Below are positions 18,244-25,964 of a DNA stretch of 64,000 nt, piece after piece. The notes below the pieces were generated by a model. That model searched no databases. It saw only the letters and a list, made by a program, of their open reading frames with translations, and was not told the origin of the DNA. A program made the position numbers and the translations under genes. Source of the stretch: a virus (lineage: Duplodnaviria > Heunggongvirae > Uroviricota > Caudoviricetes); the IMG/VR virus record IMGVR_UViG_3300028048_000122, one strand, 5' to 3'. Position 1 is the stretch's first letter; each line of letters opens with the position of its first letter.

Positions 18244-18466
18244 ATGGGCGCAAAAGTTAACAAAAGAACAAGTCATTAAACATATTCAAGACGGCATAAA
18301 AAAAGCGCATAAAGCATTTTTGGCTCAACAAGCTATCCGTTCAATGAATAAATCCCATAGAAGGCGCCGGCAGATAGCAAAAGCTTACAAGCTGATTTGC
18401 CCAACGGTAGAAATTTGGCTACCGTGCAAGATACATCAAGTTGCAACAACTATAAAATTGTCATAA
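18233..18466 (+). CDS. hypothetical basic protein
   Basis: ORF; weak signals. Confidence 0.3.
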   Translation: MVGEWAQKLTKEQVIKHIQDGIKKAHKAFLAQQAIRSMNKSHRRRRQIAKAYKLICPTVEIWLPCKIHQVATTIKLS

Positions 18467-19714
18467 CAATTGACAAGGAAAAGTCAGTAAAACCCATCAC
18501 AGCAGGAGTGTCTGTGAATACGTTGAGCTCGCACCCAGGAGTCAATAGCCGTGTTGAAGTCCGGCAACGTAGAGGCCAAACACTTAGTCATAATAGCAGT
18601 GGCAGCCCGCAAGGCAAGTGTACGGTGCAAGTCCGTACAGACATTGGCAAGAGAGCTCCAGAACCTGCAGTAAAGCAGCAAAAATCCTCCGCCCACGTTC
18701 GCAACAGGTAAAGGGCGTAAAAGATGTAAACCTGTCCGGCCGAACGCAAAACCTGCCGATGTGCACTTAAGCAGGAAGGTTACTGCCGCCTTAAGAGAAG
18801 AAAAGTGACTCCATGGAGAACTCCCGTATGGTCCGTTCCGCTCCATGGTATAGCTATTGCGTTATGCTATGTAAAAAGTACGCACGTTCGGGCAAACGAA
18901 AGAACCCGCGTAAGGAACAACGAGAGAGATTCCTGTTTTCCCAGCGTTTTTGGTAGAAAAATGTTGCGCGCCTCTTGACCTGGCCAGTCAAGAAAAAGTC
19001 AGCGATATGACCAGGGGGTAATTGGCTTGAGCCCCCGTTATCATGGGAGAATAGACCTGGAATGGAGCCAGGACGGCATTTAGCGTCGTGCAGGGTACGC
19101 GCCCTCAGCGTAAGTTCAAATCTTACATCTCCCGCCTTCAAAATAAATTAAACAGGAGATAAATCGAATGTCTTATCCAGATTGGCTTGACGACGAGGAA
19201 GACAAGATTGACTTCTTTGTTTGATAAGGGGCCATCAGTAGTCCACTGCAAAGGACGAGTCTGTAGAATGATGGGTTGGCATCCTCCGTTTCGGGCGCTT
19301 CGTAAAAGTACCACGGGAGTTGCGGTAGAATTTGCAGCTACCGCAGAATTACTCCCGTAATTATCATGAGCACGAGGCCCAGAGGGCGATACCAAGCAAA
19401 AAGCTTGCAGTGCTCTTTCTATCATGTCCCTAATGAGGTTAACGTCTCGGCGGGGAGGAATCCGTTTTAGTTTATCCTGAGGAATAGGCAATGATGAGTG
19501 CGCACTTATCAGCTGAAACGAAGGGTAAATGAGAGCCCGTCGGCAACCGGGTGCGGAAATAGTATGCAGAGAACTATAACCTGCCGGAGACTCGATTGCC
19601 GTCATAGTTGTCGAGCGTAGAATACCACGTCAGGTGTATCGAAGGAGCTGGTAATCTCCTGACGTCAGCCAAAAACTTACCAGAGGCGGCACATGCCATG
19701 TCGTCTCGCCTTAC

Positions 19715-19789
19715 GGTTCCAAAGCTCAACGGTCGAGCAAACGCCTCATAAGCGTCAGGCTGAGGGTTCAAATCCCTCTGGAACCACCA
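19715..19789 (+). tRNA. tRNA-Met (anticodon CAU), CCA encoded
   Basis: Acceptor GGTTCCA/TGGAACC; D arm GCTC-AACGGTC-GAGC; loop CTCATAA; T arm GAGGG-TTCAAAT-CCCTC. Confidence 0.85.
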
Positions 19790-19992
19790 TAATGGAATAA
19801 GCGAGGTAAAAGTCTCGCGAATTCCTCTCTTTTCCTAAACACACATGAACAACTGCGCCCAGACAGTATAACAGCTGGGTAGTGTTTCGGTGTGCTGAGC
19901 ACGAAAGAAATTCAGCCTTCCACTTATGAGGGGTCGTTAAGAGGCGGGCGCATCGTCGTCGTAGGTTCGAACCCTACCGTCCCTCAACTCAT

Positions 19993-20062
19993 GTCAGCGT
20001 CGGCATAATGGTAATGCCAGGGCCGCAAGCCTGAAATGCGGGTTCGACTCCCGCCGCTGACC
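19993..20062 (+). ncRNA. tRNA-like element with truncated anticodon arm
   Basis: Perfect acceptor GTCAGCG/CGCTGAC, D arm GGCA-TAATGGTAA-TGCC and T arm GCGGG-TTCGACT-CCCGC, but only 19 nt between the D and T arms. Confidence 0.35.
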
Positions 20063-20215
20063 GTACGAGCCATATGGCGCGTCATTCTTTTCGAGGTTTT
20101 CAAGACTTAAACAAGAGAATCTTCGCAACATTATAGGCTTTGACTGGCGTCTGCTTTATGGCAGGAACACAGGGAGGCAAAGCTAGGGGCAGTTGGCAAC
20201 AGCTGCTCCGGTACT

Positions 20216-20297
20216 AGGGGTATCGCCAAGTGGCTAAAGGCACGGGACTTTGACTCCCGCATTCTTCGCGCTGGTTCGAATCCAGCTGCCCCTGCCA
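20216..20297 (+). tRNA. tRNA with anticodon UUG (Gln by anticodon) but type-II-like body, CCA encoded
   Basis: Acceptor AGGGGTA/TGCCCCT; 3-bp D stem with 11-nt loop; stem CGGGA/TCCCG; loop CTTTGAC; 10-nt variable region; T arm GCTGG-TTCGAAT-CCAGC. Confidence 0.55.
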
Positions 20298-20303
20298 TAT
20301 CAT

Positions 20304-20380
20304 GCGTCACTTAGCTCAACAGGCAGAGCCTACGGGTCTAGCTCGTAGAGATTCGGGTTCAAATCCCGAGGGACGCACCA
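20304..20380 (+). tRNA. putative amber-suppressor tRNA (anticodon CUA), CCA encoded
   Basis: Acceptor GCGTCAC/GGGACGC (one mismatch); D arm GCTC-AACAGGCA-GAGC; stem TACGG/TCGTA; loop GTCTAGC with U33 and centre CTA; T arm TCGGG-TTCAAAT-CCCGA. Confidence 0.5.
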
Positions 20381-20385
20381 TTATT

Positions 20386-20497
20386 ATGGGAAGCACCCAA
20401 GGTGGGTTGTAAGTGCCAAAGCAGGTTCGACTCCTGCCACCTCGTAAGAGGTTTGAGGAAAACAGCGGCCCGGTTCGATTCCGGGGCTTCCCGCTTT
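20386..20497 (+). ncRNA. composite tRNA-like element (two T-arm hairpins inside perfect GGGAAGC/GCTTCCC stem)
   Basis: Hairpins GCAGG-TTCGACT-CCTGC and CCCGG-TTCGATT-CCGGG; CCAAGGTGGG motif. Confidence 0.3.
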
Positions 20498-20907
20498 AAA
20501 ACTACCGTAGGGACTACGGAAAGTTACGCCTGTGGAGAGAGTGTAAGACGGATATATTCCAGTTCTCGACGAATCAGGAAGCTCACGCCTCTATAGGCGG
20601 GGGTAGTTCACCATGAAGCTGATGTATTGGTGTCAGTTTGTCTGGTGTGATAACGACACGAGATAAACTATATGGCCATATATTGGCACCGGCAAAAGCT
20701 CAAAACAAAAGTAAGTAGCCGGGGCAAGACCAGGACACCTCCTGGATTTTATTATGTACATCGAGGTTATTATGCATATGCTAATTATCCGAAAAGTTAG
20801 GTGTGGCTTCCGACTCGATGCGGCGAAGAGAGGGTAAAAGGCATAGTGAAGATATCTACAAAGGGCAACCGCGTAAGCGAGCTCCCCGCGAACCGGATAT
20901 CTATCAT

Positions 20908-20982
20908 GGCTTGGTAGTCTAGTGGTTAGGCGACGGTCTGCAAAACCGTTTTACGCCGGTTCGATTCCGGCCCAAGCCTCCA
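20908..20982 (+). tRNA. tRNA-Cys (anticodon GCA), CCA encoded
   Basis: Acceptor GGCTTGG/CCAAGCC; stem ACGGT/ACCGT; loop CTGCAAA; T arm GCCGG-TTCGATT-CCGGC. Confidence 0.85.
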
Positions 20983-20994
20983 TATCATGGGAAA

Positions 20995-21105
20995 CGCCAT
21001 GGTGGCGGAAAAGAGCATTCGGGTTCGATTCCCGACGCCCTGCGGGGTCCGTGGTGGTCAGCCTGGTTCGAGTCCAGGGTTTCCCTCGTTAATCATTTAG
21101 CCGTA
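20995..21105 (+). ncRNA. two tandem tRNA-like minihelices (GGTGG motif + T-arm hairpin)
   Basis: CCATGGTGGCG...TCGGG-TTCGATT-CCCGA and CCGTGGTGGTCA..CCTGG-TTCGAGT-CCAGG; no D/anticodon arms. Confidence 0.3.
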
Positions 21106-21556
21106 GTAATTCTGCGTATGTGAACCTTCCGATACAGCGCCTTAAACGCTCGGAAGCACGGGCTCACAACCCGTGGCAGCTAATATCCTCTGGTTTAAGC
21201 AGAGAACCGGCGTCAGCGAACTACTTTGCATGCGAGAGTTCATTAAGCTGACGAAAAATGGTAGCGGCGGCGAAGTCCTTGCGGTGGATGAGTAGCCAAG
21301 GAGTTCCTATATTGGACAGTAAGAGCGGGTTCGATTCCCGACACGTCGGCAGGCGTCCTGGTGGTAATAAGTGCTGGTGCGCGCAGACTTCAATTCTAGA
21401 TACGAAGTCTGTGCAATTCCAGCAGCTCCATGTGCGTAAACACATAAAAAGAAGCTGATAACCGTGGCGTCAGTTTTCCCTGGCCCGATGGGGACAATAA
21501 TATCATCGGGTTTTGCCGTAGGTGAGGGCGGATACTCATCGTTCACGGGCTATTAT

Positions 21557-21646
21557 GGAGATGTACCCAAGTGGTTTAAGGGGACTGCTTTGAAAGCAGA
21601 TAGGCCGCAGTGATGCGGTGCGCGGGTTCGAATCCTGCCATCTCCT
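21557..21646 (+). tRNA. tRNA-Ser (anticodon UGA), type II
   Basis: Acceptor GGAGATG/CATCTCC; 3-bp D stem CCC/GGG; loop TTTGAAA; variable-arm hairpin CCGCA-GTGA-TGCGG; T arm GCGGG-TTCGAAT-CCTGC; no CCA. Confidence 0.75.
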
Positions 21647-21692
21647 CTCTGTCACGACAAACGCCTTGACGTGGCGACAGAGCTTTTTACCA
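21647..21692 (+). terminator. hairpin + T-run after the tRNA array
   Basis: TCTGTCACG...CGTGGCGACAGAG followed by GCTTTTTACC. Confidence 0.4.
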
Positions 21693-21726
21693 AGATTTGT
21701 CAAAAAAGAAAAGGGGGAAGTTCTCT

Positions 21727-21852
21727 ATGATGAGAGCAATGTTACTTTGTTTGACGGTAGCATTTGTCGGATTATTCGTATATTTCGGTATACACTATGC
21801 CAAAGATGTCGGCCACGAAATAAAGAACACCCTGAAAAAGTTATTCGGTTAA
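21727..21852 (+). CDS. small membrane peptide (41 aa)
   Basis: ATG after AAGGGGGAAG; one TM helix; below ORF-track cutoff. Confidence 0.3.
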   Translation: MMRAMLLCLTVAFVGLFVYFGIHYAKDVGHEIKNTLKKLFG

Positions 21853-21876
21853 AAGCCGAGAAAGGGGATTTTTCTT

Positions 21877-22758
21877 TTGGAGGAAAAAAACATTGGTTTG
21901 GTAGGCATCTTGGTAGGCATGGTAATCTTCGTGGTCGCCGCATTCATGTGCGTCACGAGAATCGGTCCGGGTTATGCGGGCGTCATCTATAACATGGATG
22001 GCGGTATTCAGGACGAAACACTCGCGCAGGGCTTCCATATGGTAGCTCCGTGGAAACACGTAATCGAGTATCCGATTTCTACCGAAACGGTTTACTACAC
22101 CAAAAACAATGTTGACGGCGACGACAAGGACAAGAAGACCGATAAATCCGTTAATGTCAACACGAAAGACGGCAAGCAGGTAAATGTAAGCGTTACTTAC
22201 GCTTATCACATGGATGTGGAAAAGTTACCGACAGTATTCGCTAAGTTCCGTGGTCAGGACATTGAGGTAATTCAGAATGGCTATATGAAGAATGCCATGT
22301 ACGAGGCCTTGAACAACGTGACCTCCCAGTATTCCTTGATGGAACTGGTGGGCGATAAGCGCCCCGAAATCAATCAGAAAATTTTCGAAGCGTTTCGCAA
22401 TGAACTGGAAGAATACGGTATCGTAATCGAAACCTTCAATCTGTCCGACGTAGTTCCCGATGAAGCCACCGCTACGGCCATCCAGAACGTAGTAAATGCA
22501 CAGAATGCTCTGCTGCAGGCAAAAATCGAGAAGGAACAGGCTGAAGTAGAGGCTGAAAAGGCCCGCGTTACCGCTAAAGGTAAAGCTGATGCTGCCCTGA
22601 TCGAAGCTGAAGGTACAGCACAGGCTAATGCTAAACTGCAGCAGTCCTTGACGCCCGGCGTACTCCAGCAGAGAGCCATTGAAAAGTGGAACGGCGAGCT
22701 CCCGAAGATTGGCGGCAATGGTAGCGGCCTGATTCTCGGAGCTGATTTCCTGAAATGA
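21877..22758 (+). CDS. SPFH/Band-7 (prohibitin/flotillin-like) membrane protein
   Basis: N-terminal TM, SPFH core (GYAGVIYNMDGGIQDETLAQGFHMVAPW...), C-terminal coiled-coil AEVEAEKARVTAKGKADAALIEAEG. Confidence 0.7.
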   Translation: MEEKNIGLVGILVGMVIFVVAAFMCVTRIGPGYAGVIYNMDGGIQDETLAQGFHMVAPWKHVIEYPISTETVYYTKNNVDGDDKDKKTDKSVNVNTKDGKQVNVSVTYAYHMDVEKLPTVFAKFRGQDIEVIQNGYMKNAMYEALNNVTSQYSLMELVGDKRPEINQKIFEAFRNELEEYGIVIETFNLSDVVPDEATATAIQNVVNAQNALLQAKIEKEQAEVEAEKARVTAKGKADAALIEAEGTAQANAKLQQSLTPGVLQQRAIEKWNGELPKIGGNGSGLILGADFLK

Positions 22759-22910
22759 GTAAGGAAACCATTAAAAGCATATTCGCCGTAGCACTGTCAG
22801 TAACCAGCGTAGCCGTTTTAGTAACCATGACATTCAGTCCGCAAGAATTTTGTTTCTCGTGGATAATCTGGATCGGAATGTTCTTATGCGGCATCGATAT
22901 GCTTAATTAA
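22755..22910 (+). CDS. small two-TM membrane protein (51 aa), translationally coupled to SPFH gene
   Basis: ATGA overlap with SPFH stop; hydrophobic. Confidence 0.4.
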   Translation: MSKETIKSIFAVALSVTSVAVLVTMTFSPQEFCFSWIIWIGMFLCGIDMLN

Positions 22911-22914
22911 TCAC

Positions 22915-22934
22915 GACCAGCCTTCGGGCTGGTT
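22915..22934 (+). other. very stable hairpin with cUUCGg tetraloop (GACCAGCC-TTCG-GGCTGGTT)
   Basis: 8-bp stem; a near-identical hairpin occurs at 11742-11763 and a similar one at 11935-11956; a T8 run follows at about 22980. Confidence 0.45.
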
Positions 22935-23010
22935 AATCTATGGAAGCTCTTAAGGTTTTCATGGATTAACGAACCCGAAGGTCTATTTTTTTTAGAGGAG
23001 GTACGAAAAA

Positions 23011-23319
23011 ATGACCGAGCAGGAAGTAAAGGATTATCTAGTGGAAATGGGATATGAAGATACCATCGTGTACACCAATCCCAGCTATTCCGAAGCATTT
23101 GTCGGCGTAACGCCTGACGGGACAGCCATCTACGACTACGAAGGCATGGTTGAATGTCTGATTCAGGAAGGCATGTCTGAAGAAGATGCCGTGGAATGGA
23201 TCGACTATAATTGCGTCGGCTGTTGTGGAGAAGGTTTGCCCATGATTATCAACATAGGCAACGACCGCTATGCGGCGCAGAAGGAAGTCTTACCCGTTAA
23301 GACGGATAAAGTCGCTTAA
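23011..23319 (+). CDS. hypothetical protein
   Basis: AGAGGAGGT RBS. Confidence 0.5.
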   Translation: MTEQEVKDYLVEMGYEDTIVYTNPSYSEAFVGVTPDGTAIYDYEGMVECLIQEGMSEEDAVEWIDYNCVGCCGEGLPMIINIGNDRYAAQKEVLPVKTDKVA

Positions 23320-23321
23320 TG

Positions 23322-23360
23322 GTTAAGACTTGACTTTTTCGTTAAGACTATGTTAATATG
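23322..23360 (+). promoter_or_regulatory. sigma70-like promoter (TTGACT-18-TAATAT) embedded in TTAAGAC repeats
   Basis: TTAAGA(C) occurs five times in 23300-23395, including inverted pair TAAGAC/GTCTTA around the -10. Confidence 0.45.
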
Positions 23361-23400
23361 TCTTATGGGTTAAGAAAGCTTAAGAGGAGGTAAAAACCAA

Positions 23401-23985
23401 TTGCTGTATACGCTTACCGGCCCGTCGGCCTCAGGTAAAAATGCGCTTCTTAACAGCCTGTTAAAGCATTATCCCGACCAGGTGGTACGGGTAGTGTCTA
23501 CGACAAGCCGCCCGCCGCGCGATAAGGAAAAAGACGGAGTGGATTATCACTTTATTTCCGAATCGGATTTTACGGCGGCCATCGTAAGAGGCGAGTTCGC
23601 CGAATTTACCAAGTTCGACGGCAACTATTACGGCCTGCGCCGTTCTGACATAGAAAACGCTATTACCGCTGATATCGGTATAGTCATAGTAGAGCAGAAT
23701 GGACGCAGGAAACTGAAGGATATGTACGGTGACGATATTCGTTGCGTGCATATCGGTATCGATCCCGGCAAGGCCATGATCCGCATGAAAAATCGTGATG
23801 GCTGGAGCAAAGCCAAGAAACGTTTAAAAGCGGATTTGGATAGCGGACTTTATGATGCCACAGGATTTGACTGCACACTGAAGAATGATTCGACTAAGAA
23901 AGAACTCTTAAATAATTTCATGAATTACGTCGAAGCGATTAATCAGTGGCAGGCATTATACGAAAAGCACCCTAAAAGTGCTTGA
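23401..23985 (+). CDS. guanylate kinase-like nucleoside monophosphate kinase
   Basis: TTG start after AAGAGGAGG; P-loop TGPSASGKNALL and STTSRPPRDKEKDGVDYHF typical of GMP kinase fold. Confidence 0.55.
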   Translation: MLYTLTGPSASGKNALLNSLLKHYPDQVVRVVSTTSRPPRDKEKDGVDYHFISESDFTAAIVRGEFAEFTKFDGNYYGLRRSDIENAITADIGIVIVEQNGRRKLKDMYGDDIRCVHIGIDPGKAMIRMKNRDGWSKAKKRLKADLDSGLYDATGFDCTLKNDSTKKELLNNFMNYVEAINQWQALYEKHPKSA

Positions 23986-23988
23986 ATG

Positions 23989-24017
23989 TGGCGGCCTGTC
24001 GGCCGCTACCATAAACC
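23989..24017 (+). repeat. conserved hairpin-plus-tail element copy 3 (GTGGCGGCC-TGTC-GGCCGCTACCATAAACC)
   Basis: Immediately downstream of the gmk-like gene stop and upstream of the RBS of gene 24061. Confidence 0.5.
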
Positions 24018-24060
24018 TTTTTGTACGGTACTGAAGAAAACCATGATGGAGGAAAAAATT

Positions 24061-25338
24061 ATGTTATTAACGTTTAAGAGCATTGACGCCGATAGTATAT
24101 CAATTCATGCTGATAACAAGCATGGTTTGATCATGGCGTCTTTTTTGTGTCCTTGCACGGAACTGGTTAGCCAGGACATCAATAAGCACGCGAATCTTCG
24201 CGGCGCCAATCCCTTGCAGGCACAGACGATTCGCCTGATTAATTCCCTTAAGAAAGACCCGTCGCATTTCGTTTATAAATGCGATGCCATTACGCTTACG
24301 GCACAGGATATCTATACTTCTAAGACGTTAGCTACGGGCAAAACCGAAGTCGTATTGGAATACCCCGATGATATGGACAAAGAAAGCAATAAGCTGACGT
24401 TCGGTCTGATTAACGGCGGGCATCGCCTGGAAGCCATGAACTTCCTGAACAATATCGACGCTCTCCCGGAAGAAGCCTATATCAAGGTAGAAGTCGTAGC
24501 TGGCCCCGGCGTAGACAACGAGTTCGTAAATGAGCTGGTCGTTACCCGTAACAGCAATATGGCTATCGCCAAGAATGACGTATATAACAAGCAGGGAAAA
24601 TATGACGTCTTACGCGAAATCGTCGAAGAACTGGACTTCTCTGAAGAAGTCGCTTATCAGTCCGGCGACATCAGCAAGAACATCAATCCGGCTCAGTTAT
24701 GTGCTATTATCGCCACGTTCTCGGAACAGTGCCATGCTTATCATCCAGTACTGCATACCGTCATAGAGACGAAGCGGAATACCATGCAGATTTTCCATCA
24801 TGCAGGTCAGTATGCCGTAGAATGGGTGGACCGCAACAAAGATATTGTCCGTAAGAATAAGGAATTCTTCACTCAGGCAATCGTTCTCGCAGGCGTAATG
24901 GACGAGGTAGCAACCGAGTTTGCTACGAAATATCCGAACAATCGTTTGGACCTCAGCCGCGCAAAACGTTATCCCATCGTAAAACAATCCGAAGAAAAAT
25001 GGGATAAAATCCGCCGGCCGGCAACGCAGAAACTGTCCTGCCTGATCGCCGGACTGTCTGAGCTCACTCGTTATGATGAAACGACGAAAACTTATGATTT
25101 CGTGCCATACGCATCGGAATTTGTTACCAAGAAGCGTCTGACGGATTACGTAAAGCAGTTCCTATCCAGTTCGGAAATCTTCCCTGATAAGAACTTCAAG
25201 AAAGATATCGCGGAATACACGAATGCGGAATTCCGCAGTAATCCTAAGTATTTCCGTGAAGCGGCGCGCATTATGCGCAATGAGTATGCTGCCTTTATCG
25301 TGCAGAAGGAAACCAAGGCGGCTAACAGCGTAGCGTAA
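24061..25338 (+). CDS. hypothetical protein (425 aa) with ParB/DGQHR-like motif (NGGHRLEA)
   Basis: ATG 24061 after GATGGAGG; motif resemblance only. Confidence 0.45.
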   Translation: MLLTFKSIDADSISIHADNKHGLIMASFLCPCTELVSQDINKHANLRGANPLQAQTIRLINSLKKDPSHFVYKCDAITLTAQDIYTSKTLATGKTEVVLEYPDDMDKESNKLTFGLINGGHRLEAMNFLNNIDALPEEAYIKVEVVAGPGVDNEFVNELVVTRNSNMAIAKNDVYNKQGKYDVLREIVEELDFSEEVAYQSGDISKNINPAQLCAIIATFSEQCHAYHPVLHTVIETKRNTMQIFHHAGQYAVEWVDRNKDIVRKNKEFFTQAIVLAGVMDEVATEFATKYPNNRLDLSRAKRYPIVKQSEEKWDKIRRPATQKLSCLIAGLSELTRYDETTKTYDFVPYASEFVTKKRLTDYVKQFLSSSEIFPDKNFKKDIAEYTNAEFRSNPKYFREAARIMRNEYAAFIVQKETKAANSVA

Positions 25339-25362
25339 GCTAATACAATCGGAGGTTATTTT

Positions 25363-25947
25363 ATGTTTAACAGCATTCCAATGGTCATTGAACGGGAGGG
25401 AAATGGCGAGCGCGCCATGGATCTTGGTTCCCGGCTCTTAAAAGACCGTATTATTATGTGTTCTGGCCAGGTAAATACCGCCATGGCCGAAGTCATCAAG
25501 ATGGAACTTTACTATCTTGAAGCAGAAGACCCGACGGCAGATATTACCATGTATATCAATTCGCCGGGTGGCAGCGTAGTGGACGGCATGGCCATCTACG
25601 ATGCGATGCAATATATTAAGCCCGACGTATGTACCATCGTAAATGGTTTGGCGGCAAGTATGGGAAGTCTCCTGCTTATGGCCGGCGCCAAAGGTAAGCG
25701 TTTTGCCCTGCCTAACGCTGAAATCATGATTCATCAGCCCAGCGGCGGCTCCGAAGGAAAAGCTTCCGATATGGAAATCAGTTGGGAACATATGAAACGA
25801 ACTAAAGAAAAACTGCATAACCTGTACGTAAAGCATACGGGCCGCAGTTTGGAAGAAATTAAAGCAGCAATGGATCGCGACAATTGGCTTACTCCGCAGG
25901 AAGCGGTGGATTTTGGCCTGATTGACGCCATCCAATATAAGAGATAA
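25363..25947 (+). CDS. clpP: ATP-dependent Clp protease proteolytic subunit ClpP
   Basis: Catalytic Ser (GLAASMG), His (MIHQP), Asp context; full-length alignment to ClpP pattern. Confidence 0.85.
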   Translation: MFNSIPMVIEREGNGERAMDLGSRLLKDRIIMCSGQVNTAMAEVIKMELYYLEAEDPTADITMYINSPGGSVVDGMAIYDAMQYIKPDVCTIVNGLAASMGSLLLMAGAKGKRFALPNAEIMIHQPSGGSEGKASDMEISWEHMKRTKEKLHNLYVKHTGRSLEEIKAAMDRDNWLTPQEAVDFGLIDAIQYKR

Positions 25948-25964
25948 GAGATGAGGAATGTGAT

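Noticed and set aside
18484-19771. Chain of minus-strand ORFs (120, 95, 155, 65 aa)
   Set aside because: They lie in a GC-rich non-coding stretch of the RNA island. Their products are P/S/R-rich nonsense, and the last one overlaps tRNA-Met. Open frames here are most likely a by-product of GC content.
12600-21700. Possible CRISPR array or tmRNA/RNase P RNA in the RNA island
   Set aside because: There are no regularly spaced identical direct repeats. No tmRNA tag reading frame, no tmRNA-type ...TCCACCA 3' end, and no RNase P GGAAAGTCCGGGCTCC box was found by eye. Only covariance-model searches could settle this.
21618-21992. + strand 124-aa ORF
   Set aside because: It starts inside tRNA-Ser(UGA), crosses a terminator-like hairpin and runs out of frame through the small membrane peptide and SPFH start. 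It is arginine-rich nonsense.
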